Positions 48,662 to 58,056 are shown, counted from the first letter of the stretch. The stretch is 64,000 nt of DNA from Deltaproteobacteria bacterium (GCA_014191855.1 BJHF01000016.1:11020-75019); one strand, 5' to 3'. A program made the numbers and translations. The notes: generated by a model from the sequence alone, not told the origin.

Positions 48662-49630
48662 ATGTGGTTGCTCGCCGCCTCCCCCGCCTGGGCGCACCGT
48701 CCGGGCCTCTCGTACGCGCGCATCGGCGACGACGCGCTCGCCCTTACTTTCGCGCGCCCGGAGCTGGCCGGGGCGCTACCCGCCGGCGGGGAGCTGGAGG
48801 CCTCGCGGCTGCTCGTGGGCGAGCTCCTGCTGGAGGGCACATCCTTGAAGGTGAACGATCAGGCATGTGAATTCGGCGATCCGACGCTGCGATCCGTGGA
48901 GGGAGACGGCGTTGAGCTGACGGTTTCGCTCGATTGCCCGCACGGGGAACGCATGTACGAAGCTGGCTTCTTCCCGAGAATGGAGGCCGGCCACCGACAT
49001 TACGTCGAAGCCGAGGGCGCCGCCGTCGCCGTGCTCGACGCCGCCCACACCTCCGTCGCTATCGTCGGAACGCCCGATCCGTGGACCGTCGCGGCGCGCT
49101 TCGGCGCCCTCGGCGTGGAGCACATCTGGACCGGGTACGACCACCTCCTGTTCCTCTTCGGGCTCTTGCTCGCCGCCAAGGGGCTCCGGGCGATGTTGCT
49201 CGTGGTAACCGGCTTTACGGTCGCCCACTCCATCACCCTGAGCCTCGCGGCGCTCGGCTGGGTGCACCTCGCGCCCGCGGTCGTGGAGCCAGCAATCGCG
49301 GCTTCGATCGTGTTCGTCGGCGTTGAGAACCTCTGGAAACCAACGGCTGCGCGTCGGGCCGTCGTCACCTTCGCGCTCGGCCTCGTACACGGCTTCGGCT
49401 TCGCGGGGATGCTACTGGAGCTCGGCCTGCCGCGCTCCGCGCTGGTCGCCGCGCTCGTGAGCTTCAACGGCGGCGTGGAGCTGGGCCAGGCCGCGATCGT
49501 CGCCCTCATTCTTCCCCTTTTGCTGCTGCTGCGCCGCGCGCCGTGGTGGGAGCGGCGCGCCGTTCCCCTGCTCTCGGCCGGCGTCGCACTCGCGGGCCTC
49601 GTGTGGTTCGTGGAGCGGGTGTGGGCCTGA
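48662..49630 (+). CDS. HupE/UreJ-family protein, 322 aa
   Basis: AWA-H start, HIWTGYDHLLF, FTVAHSITL, GLVHGFGFA. Confidence 0.9.
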   Translation: MWLLAASPAWAHRPGLSYARIGDDALALTFARPELAGALPAGGELEASRLLVGELLLEGTSLKVNDQACEFGDPTLRSVEGDGVELTVSLDCPHGERMYEAGFFPRMEAGHRHYVEAEGAAVAVLDAAHTSVAIVGTPDPWTVAARFGALGVEHIWTGYDHLLFLFGLLLAAKGLRAMLLVVTGFTVAHSITLSLAALGWVHLAPAVVEPAIAASIVFVGVENLWKPTAARRAVVTFALGLVHGFGFAGMLLELGLPRSALVAALVSFNGGVELGQAAIVALILPLLLLLRRAPWWERRAVPLLSAGVALAGLVWFVERVWA

Positions 49631-49671
49631 GCGCGCGGAACCCGCCCTCCGCGCAGCTTGTCCCGCGGGCG

Positions 49672-50508
49672 ATGCTCTCGCTCCTCCTCGCCTGCGGCAC
49701 CCCCGCGGCCGCGCCCGATCCCACGCCGTCCTCCCCTGAAGCGGCGGTTTATCTCCCAACCCCCACCCCGGCTGCGCCGACATGGCCGGCGGCCGGCGCC
49801 CCCCTCCAGGTTCTCCCTCCCCTGTCGGCCGGCGCCCGCCCAGTCCGCCTCGTCATCGACGCTGGCCACGGCGCCCCCGGAAACTCAGGCAACACCTCCG
49901 TGCGCTGCGAAGCCGAGGCCGACTTCACGCGCCGCGTGCAGGACGAGCTCCTGGCCCGCCTCGCCAACGCTCCCGAGCTTGAGGTGCGCTCCGGCCGCCC
50001 CTCCGCCGCGCTCCTCGACTACGGCAGCCGCATCGCCGCCTTCAACGCCTGGCCTGCCGATGCCGTCGTGAGTCTGCACTCCGACGCGCGCGCCGCCGAC
50101 AACCTGAGCATCCATCCCAGCACCGGGTGTTGGTCCTCAACCGGCGCCTCGGGCTTCACCGTCCTGTTTTCCGACGAGGGCCCGCCCGATCTGGCACGGG
50201 CGCGCCGGCAGCTTGCGGAAGCGATGTCCCGTGAGCTGCACGGCGCCGGTTTCGTACCGTACGCCGCCGGCTACAGCGAAGAGCTCTACGGCTCAATCGG
50301 CGCCGGCGTGTACGTCGATCGTCATCCCGTCGGAAAGCGCATCCGAATGCTTCGCGGCACCAAAGTCCCGACCGTCATCGTCGAAACGCACCAGGCCTCC
50401 GACGCCGAGGAGACCGCCCGCTGGGCAGAGCCCGCCACCCTCGATGCGTTTGCCGCCGCAATCCGACGCGCAGCCGTCGCCGCCGCGGTAGAAGGGCCCC
50501 ATGGATGA
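49672..50508 (+). CDS. N-acetylmuramoyl-L-alanine amidase (Amidase_3) lipoprotein, 278 aa
   Basis: IDAGHG, E, SLHSD, VIVETH; MLSLLLAC. Confidence 0.85.
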   Translation: MLSLLLACGTPAAAPDPTPSSPEAAVYLPTPTPAAPTWPAAGAPLQVLPPLSAGARPVRLVIDAGHGAPGNSGNTSVRCEAEADFTRRVQDELLARLANAPELEVRSGRPSAALLDYGSRIAAFNAWPADAVVSLHSDARAADNLSIHPSTGCWSSTGASGFTVLFSDEGPPDLARARRQLAEAMSRELHGAGFVPYAAGYSEELYGSIGAGVYVDRHPVGKRIRMLRGTKVPTVIVETHQASDAEETARWAEPATLDAFAAAIRRAAVAAAVEGPHG

Positions 50509-51670
50509 CGTAACGCTCACGCCGGACGGCCTGCCCGATCGGTACGAAGACCGCGGCCTCGTCGCGACTGGCGGCGCCGCCACCGTGCGCGCGATTCACG
50601 ACCGCGTTCTGGATCGGCAGGTGGCGGTGAAAGTATCGAGCTCCGTCGAGGCAACCGACCTCGCGCGCTTCCGGCGCGAAGCCCAGGTAACCGCGCAGCT
50701 CGATCACCCGTGCATCGTGCCCATCCACGATCTCGGCGAAACCTGGTTCACGATGAAGCGGGTTCAAGGGGTCACTTTTGGGCAGATGGTGGTCGCCGAG
50801 CCCGACCAGGCCGTGATGCTCGGCCGGGTGTTGGAGGTGCTCCTTCGCTTGTGCGAGGCCCTCGCTTTCGCCCACCACCGCCGCGTGATCCATCGCGACC
50901 TGAAGCCCGAGAACGTGATGGTCGGCGGCTTCGGGCAGGTGTACCTCGTAGACTGGGGCATCGCGCAGGTGAACGGCCTGGCGGAGGACATGATCGCCGG
51001 CACCCCAGGCTGGATCGCCCCAGAGCAGGCCCGCGGCGAGGTGTGCGACGCGCGCACCGACGTATGGGGCCTGGGCGCCCTCTTGTACTACTGCCTCTGC
51101 GGGCGGCGCCCGAACCGCGAGCTCACGCTCGCCGAGCGCGCAGCCACTGGGTCCGATGCGCGCCCCGTGGAGCCGCCAACCGGCATCGTAGGCCGGCCGC
51201 CGCCGCCGCCCGAGCTCGTGCGTATCGCGATGAAGGCGCTGCGCCTCGACCCCGCCGAGCGGTACCAGAACCCGGTCGCGTTCGCCAACGACCTGCAGCT
51301 CGCGCGGGCCGAGGGTTGGTGGTTCGAACGCCAGGTATTCCCCGCCGGCGCGGTCATCGTGCGTCAGGGAGACCCGGCCGACTGCGCCTACCTCATCGCG
51401 GACGGAACCGTGGAGGTGAGCCGGAACGGCGGGCCCATCGCGGAGCTTGGCGCGGGCGAAACCTTCGGCGAAGCGGCGCTGGTCTCCGGCGGCGCGCGCA
51501 CGGCCACCATCACGGCCGAAACCGCGGTCACGGTGCGGGTGCTCACCCGGGCCGCGCTCGACGCGGAGGTGCGCCGCGGCGGCTGGATGGGCGCGATGGT
51601 ACGACGGTTGGCGGCTCGTTTCCACGAGGTGAGCCTCGACGCGGTGGACAAGCGGGCCGGCAAGCCGTGA
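50501..51670 (+). CDS. Ser/Thr protein kinase with C-terminal cNMP-binding domain, 389 aa
   Basis: VAVK, HRDLKPEN, DWG, APE; FGE.AL and RTAT. Confidence 0.92.
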   Translation: MDDVTLTPDGLPDRYEDRGLVATGGAATVRAIHDRVLDRQVAVKVSSSVEATDLARFRREAQVTAQLDHPCIVPIHDLGETWFTMKRVQGVTFGQMVVAEPDQAVMLGRVLEVLLRLCEALAFAHHRRVIHRDLKPENVMVGGFGQVYLVDWGIAQVNGLAEDMIAGTPGWIAPEQARGEVCDARTDVWGLGALLYYCLCGRRPNRELTLAERAATGSDARPVEPPTGIVGRPPPPPELVRIAMKALRLDPAERYQNPVAFANDLQLARAEGWWFERQVFPAGAVIVRQGDPADCAYLIADGTVEVSRNGGPIAELGAGETFGEAALVSGGARTATITAETAVTVRVLTRAALDAEVRRGGWMGAMVRRLAARFHEVSLDAVDKRAGKP

Positions 51671-53070
51671 CGCGCGTGGGCGCATGGCACTTTGTGCTGG
51701 GGGTCGCGACCGCGGGCTGCACTGAGCCGGCGACCTCGGCGAAACCCGACTTCGCGCCCGCCGAAACCGGGTCGGGGGACAGCGCCCTCAACGACACGGC
51801 CGTAAACGACACGAGCGCCGACGACACGGCGCCCGAGGCGCCGAAGCCGCGCCGTATCTTTCTGTTGACCATCGACACGATGCGGGCCGACCACATCACG
51901 CCCGAGCACATGCCGTGGCTCACCGCGCTCGGCCGGGAGGGCGTCGTCTGGGAGAACGCGTGGGGGCAAACGTGGACCCCCTCGGGGATCGGCACCGTGT
52001 TGTCCGGCCACAACCCGGCGACGTGGGGCGTCGAGAGCTACGTTCGCGGAGAAGAATCCCGCGCCACCACCCTGTCACCGGCAGTGCCGCTGCTCGCCGA
52101 AACGCTCGCCGCGGCGGGATGGGCTACCGCGAGTTGGTCGGCCAACGGAATGGCCTCCGACGTGACCGGGCTCGACCGTGGCATCGGCTACCTCAAGATG
52201 TTCGGCGAGGGGCAAACGCCCGCGATGGTGCCGGAGATCCTGGAGTGGGCCGAGGCAAACGGCGCGTCCAACCAGCTCATCCACCTCCACGTCAACGACC
52301 TGCACGACCCGTATTCCCTCTGGGCGAGCACCTGCGCCGACGCGATGGCCGCCCTCCCCCTCGACGCCTGCGCCTACGACTGGGTGAGTCACGACGAACG
52401 CGGCACCCTCACCGTGGACGACGACCTCGCGGATGGCACCTGGGGCCCCGACAGCGCCGACTACACCACCTGCAAAGCCAACATGGAAGCCCTCTATGCC
52501 TGCGAGGTACGCTACCAGGACGACTCGCTCGCCGAAGCCTGGGCGCTTTTGAGCGAGGCCGGCTTTTTGGACGACACGCTGGTGGTCATCGCGGCCGATC
52601 ACGGCGAAGGCCTGCTCGATCCCTGGGCGAACCACTCTTTTGACCTGCGCGCGCCGGTCACCCGCAACTGGGTGCTCGTGTGGGACCCCACCCGCGTTGC
52701 GCCCGGCACGGTCTCCGCGCCGATGGGCCAGGACGACATCGTCCCCACCATCGAGGGGCTCCTTGCTTTGAACCTGGGGATGAGCTCAACCGGGCTGCCG
52801 TACTGGGAAGCTACGGAAGATCGTCTGGTCACGAGCTTTTGGGTGGGCCCACCGCCCGGCACCGGCATGGTCGAGGAGCATCGAAACGGGGTGGTCGGTG
52901 GCGGGTTTCACTACCTTCGTTATGGCGAAGTCGCGATGCTCTACGACATCGAGGCCGACCCGAATGAACAGGTCGACCTCGTGGGATCGGTGGCGGTGCC
53001 TCAGGCGCTCTTGGATGCGATGGTAGCGCAGGAGGCGATGACGGCTGAGTATTCGGCGGTGCCTCAGTAA
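51667..53070 (+). CDS. Sulfatase-like alkaline phosphatase superfamily lipoprotein, 467 aa
   Basis: TIDTMRADH, DLHDPY, ADHGE; TAGC lipobox; GTGA overlap. Confidence 0.85.
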   Translation: MTRVGAWHFVLGVATAGCTEPATSAKPDFAPAETGSGDSALNDTAVNDTSADDTAPEAPKPRRIFLLTIDTMRADHITPEHMPWLTALGREGVVWENAWGQTWTPSGIGTVLSGHNPATWGVESYVRGEESRATTLSPAVPLLAETLAAAGWATASWSANGMASDVTGLDRGIGYLKMFGEGQTPAMVPEILEWAEANGASNQLIHLHVNDLHDPYSLWASTCADAMAALPLDACAYDWVSHDERGTLTVDDDLADGTWGPDSADYTTCKANMEALYACEVRYQDDSLAEAWALLSEAGFLDDTLVVIAADHGEGLLDPWANHSFDLRAPVTRNWVLVWDPTRVAPGTVSAPMGQDDIVPTIEGLLALNLGMSSTGLPYWEATEDRLVTSFWVGPPPGTGMVEEHRNGVVGGGFHYLRYGEVAMLYDIEADPNEQVDLVGSVAVPQALLDAMVAQEAMTAEYSAVPQ

Positions 53071-54305
53071 GCCTTGTGCCAGCTCCAGAACGAGTCCGCC
53101 CACGTCGCGTTCCCGTTGTCCGTCGTCACCTTTGGATAGTACTTCGGCGGATAGCTCTCGGTGGGCCGACCGGTGTAGCCGCCGGTCACGAGACTGCCGA
53201 CGTAGTCCCCCTTGGCGTACACCTTGTCGATCTGCTTGCGCACGTAGGCGATGTCCGCGTTGCTCACGACACCGTTGCTCGTCGCCTTGTAGAACTGCAC
53301 GGTCACGCGCACGGGGAAGCGGGTGTCGCGCTCGATGGGGAGGTCGTGGAACTCGGTGAACGGGCCTTCCACCTCGCCGTGGCTCACGACAGCCATCTCC
53401 ACGTCGCTCGACTTCTTCGCCGCGGACGACTCCATCGCCGGAGCGGAGGCGGGGGCACCCCCGGAGCCATAGCCCCACGAGTCGCCAAGCTCATCGTACC
53501 AGTGGCGGCTCACCTCGCGCTGCTTGAGCGGCACCTGGATGAGCAGCACCACGTCGAGGCCGGCGTCGGCGGAGATGCTGTCTACGTCGATGCCCTGGTC
53601 CTTGGCCCACTGGCTCACGCGCTCGGCCTGAAACGGAGCCCGCTGGCCATCTTCGTTGTGGTAGAGCGCCTCGCTGAGGTAGCCGCCCTCGTTTTCCACC
53701 ACCTGCATGCTCGTGCCCTCACGCGTCGCCATGATGGCGAGCACGGCGGGGTTGCCCGGAGACGACTGGTAGTTGTACAGCACGGGGGTGAACGTCGCTT
53801 CTCCCTGCTCGGGGATCGGCAGGAAACACGCCTGGGCGCTCACCAGCACGTACTCGTCGCGGCTCGACCATAGCGAGCTCTGTTTGCCCGTCCAGCTCCC
53901 CGGGTCGTGCAGGTAGCTGCGGGGGTGCTGCAGCATGTCGGCGAGCGAGGTGGTCTGGAGGCGGCGCCCGTCTTCGTTGCCGGTGCGAAGCCAGAACTCC
54001 TCGGCGCGAACGTCGGCCGTCTTGTCGGAGAAGTTGTCGAACCGGATGACGGGCATGGGGTGCAAAGCGCCGCTCGGATCGCGGACGCCGATGGTCATGT
54101 CGGAGATGTTCGGGCCGACCGAGCTGCCTTTGCTGCGACCGGTGTCCTCCCAGGTCACGTTCACCACGTTCAGCCCGTGCGCGTCGGTCATGCGCTGCAC
54201 GTCGGTGTTCCAGACCATCTGCTCGACGTTCTGGATGGTGGAGTAGAAGCGATCCTGCCAGCCGGCCTCGGCGGGGGTGGTGAAGGCGAGGAGGAGAGAG
54301 AACAT
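53064..54305 (-). CDS. Secreted hypothetical protein, 413 aa
   Basis: Signal MFSLLLAFTTPAEA; GGAG SD; motif-like segments WEDTGR, GPNISDMT, SAQACFLP, YNYQS. Confidence 0.8.
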   Translation of the reverse strand: MFSLLLAFTTPAEAGWQDRFYSTIQNVEQMVWNTDVQRMTDAHGLNVVNVTWEDTGRSKGSSVGPNISDMTIGVRDPSGALHPMPVIRFDNFSDKTADVRAEEFWLRTGNEDGRRLQTTSLADMLQHPRSYLHDPGSWTGKQSSLWSSRDEYVLVSAQACFLPIPEQGEATFTPVLYNYQSSPGNPAVLAIMATREGTSMQVVENEGGYLSEALYHNEDGQRAPFQAERVSQWAKDQGIDVDSISADAGLDVVLLIQVPLKQREVSRHWYDELGDSWGYGSGGAPASAPAMESSAAKKSSDVEMAVVSHGEVEGPFTEFHDLPIERDTRFPVRVTVQFYKATSNGVVSNADIAYVRKQIDKVYAKGDYVGSLVTGGYTGRPTESYPPKYYPKVTTDNGNATWADSFWSWHKAY

Positions 54306-54371
54306 CGTAAGCTCCGTTGTGCGGGCCAGAACGACACCCCTCACAAGCCGCTTACAGCGAAGCGGAATAAT

Positions 54372-54444
54372 CCGGGCGATGCGATAGGCCCAGCCGCAAA
54401 GCTTGAGAATCCTCGCCTCGCATCGCGGTTCCGCCGGGCGGGCC
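54372..54444. repeat. Conserved intergenic element, copy 2
   Basis: Same four blocks and near-identical spacing as 35587-35661. Confidence 0.6.
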
Positions 54445-54490
54445 TCGGGTAGCGGTCGCCCGCGTTCCCCCCGCGCGCTAATCCCGCGAG

Positions 54491-56014
54491 GTGGCCGACA
54501 CCCCGCTGAGCGCTCGCACAAAAGGCATCGAGATGGTCGCGGAATACGCCGCCGCGTTCGCCGCGATGGGCGTGGCGGGCTGGGTGCTGTGGGTGGTCGG
54601 GCAGGCGATCGCGGCGCGGCTCGCGTACCCGGGCGACATCGAGTGGATGGAAGGAGCGACGCTCGTTTCGGCGATGCGCGCGCGGGACGGTCTGCCGCTC
54701 TACGGTGCGCCCGCCGGCGACTACATCCCGTTCATCTACCCGCCCCTTTACGCGTGGATTGTTGGGGCGTTGGCGCACGTTTTTCCGCTTGGGTACGCGC
54801 TGGGCAGGAGCGTGAGCGTTGCCTCCACGCTCGTCGCGGGCGGCGCGCTGGTGTTTGGAGCGCGCCGCGAGGGCGCAAGTTGGCCGCTCGCGCTCTCCAC
54901 CCTCGGCTTGTTCGCAGCCTGCTGGGATGATTCCGGCACGTTCTACGACCTCTGTCGAACGGACGCGCTGTCCCTCGCGCTGATGGCCTGGGCGGTCGTG
55001 TTGACCCCCCTTCCTTCCCCGCGCGCCACGATCGCGGGGGGGGTCTTGCTGGCGGTCGCGTTCACCGCGAAGCAGCACGTCGCGCTGCTCGGCCTGCCGA
55101 TGCTCGCGTGGGTGTGGCGAACGCATGGCCGCGAACGGGCCAAACTCTTCGTGCTCGCCAGCGTGGTTCCCGCAGTGTTGTTCCTGGCGGGGATGAGCGT
55201 CGCGACCGGCGGGGACTTCCTCAAGTGGCTGATCCTGGTGCCGGCGGCCCACGGGCAAACGCTGGCGCGGCTCATCCCTGGCGCACAGATCGAGGTCTGG
55301 CGCGCGATGCCGCTCACCATGACCGGCGTGCTCCTGGCGGCCACGTGGGTCTGGAAGCGAAGCTATTGGGCGATGATCGCGGGGATGACGCTCATGATCG
55401 TGTCGATCATGCGCGGGCACACCGGCGGGTACGTAAACGTGCTGATCCCGATGTTCTGGGTGGAGTGCCTGCTCCCCGTGGTGGCGGCCAGCGCGTGGGG
55501 GGGGCCGCGCGCGCGCGCCGCCGCGGGCATCGTGATCGCGCTTCAGCTCGCGATCTGGCGGCTGGACACGGGCCGCTTCTGGGACAAAGTGCGCGCCGGC
55601 CTGCCGATTTCGACGGCCTGGGCGGGCGCGCAGCTCGACCCGCAGCGCTACGTCCCCACGGCGGGAGACGAGGCAAACGTTCGCAAGTTGGTGGACGAGA
55701 TCGCGAAGCTGCCCGACCCGGTGCTGATCCCGCACGCCCCGTTCTACGCGGTAATGGCTGGAAAACGCACGTCCTTCGCGCTGATCACGCTGTGGGACAT
55801 CGACCATGTGCACGGCGCCTTCAAGGGCGATGTGGCCGGGATCGACGCCGCCATCGCGCACGACTTCCGGAGCGCCGTGCTGCCCGACGACAAGCTCGGA
55901 CACGGGTTCGCGGAGGGCTGGATGAAAAAGGGGCCCATCGGGGCGCGCGATCCCTCCACCCGCACGGGCTGGCCCGTGCGGCTGAAGTACGTGTACCTGC
56001 CCAACCCGGAGTAG
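54491..56014 (+). CDS. Polytopic GT-C (PMT/ArnT-like) glycosyltransferase candidate, 507 aa
   Basis: EWMEG loop after TM1, YPPLY, RTD, AKQ motifs; many TMs. Confidence 0.75.
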   Translation: MADTPLSARTKGIEMVAEYAAAFAAMGVAGWVLWVVGQAIAARLAYPGDIEWMEGATLVSAMRARDGLPLYGAPAGDYIPFIYPPLYAWIVGALAHVFPLGYALGRSVSVASTLVAGGALVFGARREGASWPLALSTLGLFAACWDDSGTFYDLCRTDALSLALMAWAVVLTPLPSPRATIAGGVLLAVAFTAKQHVALLGLPMLAWVWRTHGRERAKLFVLASVVPAVLFLAGMSVATGGDFLKWLILVPAAHGQTLARLIPGAQIEVWRAMPLTMTGVLLAATWVWKRSYWAMIAGMTLMIVSIMRGHTGGYVNVLIPMFWVECLLPVVAASAWGGPRARAAAGIVIALQLAIWRLDTGRFWDKVRAGLPISTAWAGAQLDPQRYVPTAGDEANVRKLVDEIAKLPDPVLIPHAPFYAVMAGKRTSFALITLWDIDHVHGAFKGDVAGIDAAIAHDFRSAVLPDDKLGHGFAEGWMKKGPIGARDPSTRTGWPVRLKYVYLPNPE

Positions 56015-56023
56015 ACTCCCGCC

Positions 56024-56989
56024 GTGGCGCTGAGGCCCCCGCTCCCGACGTTCCGCGCCCTGCCGGCGTTGGCTTGCCCCCCCGAGCACCCGCTGTGGGT
56101 ACGCCCGGCCCTGTTCATCGCCTTGGCCCTGGGTTTGCTCCTCCGTTGGCATGACGTCGGCGGAGGAACAACCGCCCGGTTTCGGCTGGTAGCCGCGGCC
56201 GGGGGCTCATTTGCGCGGCTGGCCGACACGGGTACCGACTTCGCGGGCTACCCGCTGGACGCCGTCCTCATGCTCCCGCTGACGTGGCTCGCGGGCTCGT
56301 GGCCTGCCGTCGCCGGGGCGCTCTGGCTTGCCGCGGCTGGCGCCGCGATGGCCTGGCTCGTGAGCGCTTGGTGGGGGAGCGCGCTGGCGGGCACGCTGGC
56401 AGGTACGGCCTGGATCCTCGCGCTTGGGCCCACCCTGGCGCTCGCGGACACCGCAACCGCGTGCGCGCTCACGCTCGTCCCTTTGGCTTGGGGCTTCACC
56501 CTGCGTGCATTGGAGCGCGGACCGCTCGACCTCCTGAGCGCGGTGGGGCTTTCGGGCGCCTGTTTCATCGTCTCGGCACCGGAGTCCCGCTCTCTGCTGC
56601 TGCTGTTCGCGGCCACGGCGGGCGTGGCCGCGCGTGGCCCGGAGGCGCGACGCCACCTCGCAATACTGGTCGGCGTCGTTGCTGGGGGCGTGCTGATCGC
56701 CGCACCGGCGCTGGCGCTGCGGGCAGAAGCCGCCGTTCCCGTTCCCTCCGGGGTGAACCTCCTCAAGCCGTGGCTCGTCGCGCTTGCGGCGCTCGCCCTC
56801 TGGCCCGCCAGGAAACAAGGCGTGAAGCTGCTGTTACCCCTGTGCGCGCTGCTCGCAGGCCTCGGTCCCGTGCGCGGCACCGCCGCGGCGGCAATCGGAC
56901 TGTTGTGCATCGCCGCCGGAGGGGTAACGCCGCTCCTTCAACTCACGACGAGGCTGGCCACGCGGCGAAGGGGCGGCGGGAACACGTAG
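56024..56989 (+). CDS. Hypothetical polytopic membrane protein, possibly a degenerate GT-C, 321 aa
   Basis: Highly hydrophobic; FAGYPLDA..MLPL segment loosely like neighbouring GT-C N-termini; TAGACT 6 nt upstream. Confidence 0.6.
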   Translation: MALRPPLPTFRALPALACPPEHPLWVRPALFIALALGLLLRWHDVGGGTTARFRLVAAAGGSFARLADTGTDFAGYPLDAVLMLPLTWLAGSWPAVAGALWLAAAGAAMAWLVSAWWGSALAGTLAGTAWILALGPTLALADTATACALTLVPLAWGFTLRALERGPLDLLSAVGLSGACFIVSAPESRSLLLLFAATAGVAARGPEARRHLAILVGVVAGGVLIAAPALALRAEAAVPVPSGVNLLKPWLVALAALALWPARKQGVKLLLPLCALLAGLGPVRGTAAAAIGLLCIAAGGVTPLLQLTTRLATRRRGGGNT

Positions 56990-58056
56990 ACGACCGCTTC
57001 GCGCGAGAGGCGGCGGCCCAGCTCCGCCAACGCGGCCTCCCCCGTCACGCCGGCGGGGCCCTCGATGGCATCCACAACGACGACAATCACCGGAGGGCCA
57101 GATCGCTCAAGGTGCGCCATCATCGCGAGGATATCGTCCACCGCCACCCGGCCCGGGCCGAGAACGAAAACGGTCCCCCCCGGCACCTCGCCGGGGTTCG
57201 ATTCGCCGACCAGCAGCACGCGAAACGGCCCGGCCAGGGTGCGGACGAAGCCCGCCCAGTCCCCATCCATCGTCACGACGCCCCGGGCCTCCAACGCAGG
57301 CACCGGGCCCGCCAACGGCTCCACCGCAGCGGCGGTGAAGCGCCGCGCGCCGGCGAGCACCCAGGCCGCCGTGAACACGACCAGCGCCCACGCCGCCACC
57401 CGAGCGCTGTCCCCGAGCGCAACGAAAGGGTCGCCCTCGCTCGTGGTCGGGGCGGCGGTTGTATGCGATCCACCTTGGCTCTCCGCCGAACCTGGCTCCT
57501 GCGGTGGCGGCCCTTCCTGCCCGCCCTGGGCACCGGAAGCCGCCCCTTCCGGCGCGGGCGTGGCGCCGTTCGGCTCGCCGGGGGCGGCGGCGGCCGGCGC
57601 CGCATCGGTTACCTGCCCCGACGGCGGAGGTTCAGCCGGCGCGCCCGAGGTGGCCCGCCCCGTGGGGCTGCTCTCGCCACTCGCGGCCAGCGCCCCAAAC
57701 GGCAGGGTCGCCGCATCCAACTGCGTTACCTTCCCGCCCGCCGCCATCGCGAGCGAGAGCACGGCGGGGTCCCCCGTCGCCGGCGTGAAGGAGCCCTTCC
57801 ACACCCGCATGTCGCCCCCATCCGTGAGCAACAGCACAAACGGACCCGCTCCGATCGCCTTGCTCCCGCCCGACCAGACGTGGTCCCCCGCGGCCTCATC
57901 TGGCGCCGAGCCCTGGTCGTTCAGGTCGATCTGGCTGCTCGTTCCGTCGGCATCGGTGAGCGTGAGGCGCGGGATCGCACCGGAGAATGCGGTGTCGTCT
58001 TCACGCACCACGACCACCAGGGGCCCGGCGAGCGCGGCTCCAAAGAGCAGGATCAT
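56938..58056 (-). CDS. Membrane protein with choice-of-anchor-X-like domain, Pro/Ala linker, TM and cytoplasmic domain, 372 aa
   Basis: MILLFGAALA; LNDQGSAPDEAAGDHVWSG motif. Confidence 0.7.
   Translation of the reverse strand: MILLFGAALAGPLVVVVREDDTAFSGAIPRLTLTDADGTSSQIDLNDQGSAPDEAAGDHVWSGGSKAIGAGPFVLLLTDGGDMRVWKGSFTPATGDPAVLSLAMAAGGKVTQLDAATLPFGALAASGESSPTGRATSGAPAEPPPSGQVTDAAPAAAAPGEPNGATPAPEGAASGAQGGQEGPPPQEPGSAESQGGSHTTAAPTTSEGDPFVALGDSARVAAWALVVFTAAWVLAGARRFTAAAVEPLAGPVPALEARGVVTMDGDWAGFVRTLAGPFRVLLVGESNPGEVPGGTVFVLGPGRVAVDDILAMMAHLERSGPPVIVVVVDAIEGPAGVTGEAALAELGRRLSREAVVYVFPPPLRRVASLVVS

Noticed and set aside
54376-54490. HDV-like ribozyme (7-bp stem, TCCTCGC loop, GG, GCTAA)
   Set aside because: P2 and P3 pair poorly, and the sister element at 35587 lacks the loop
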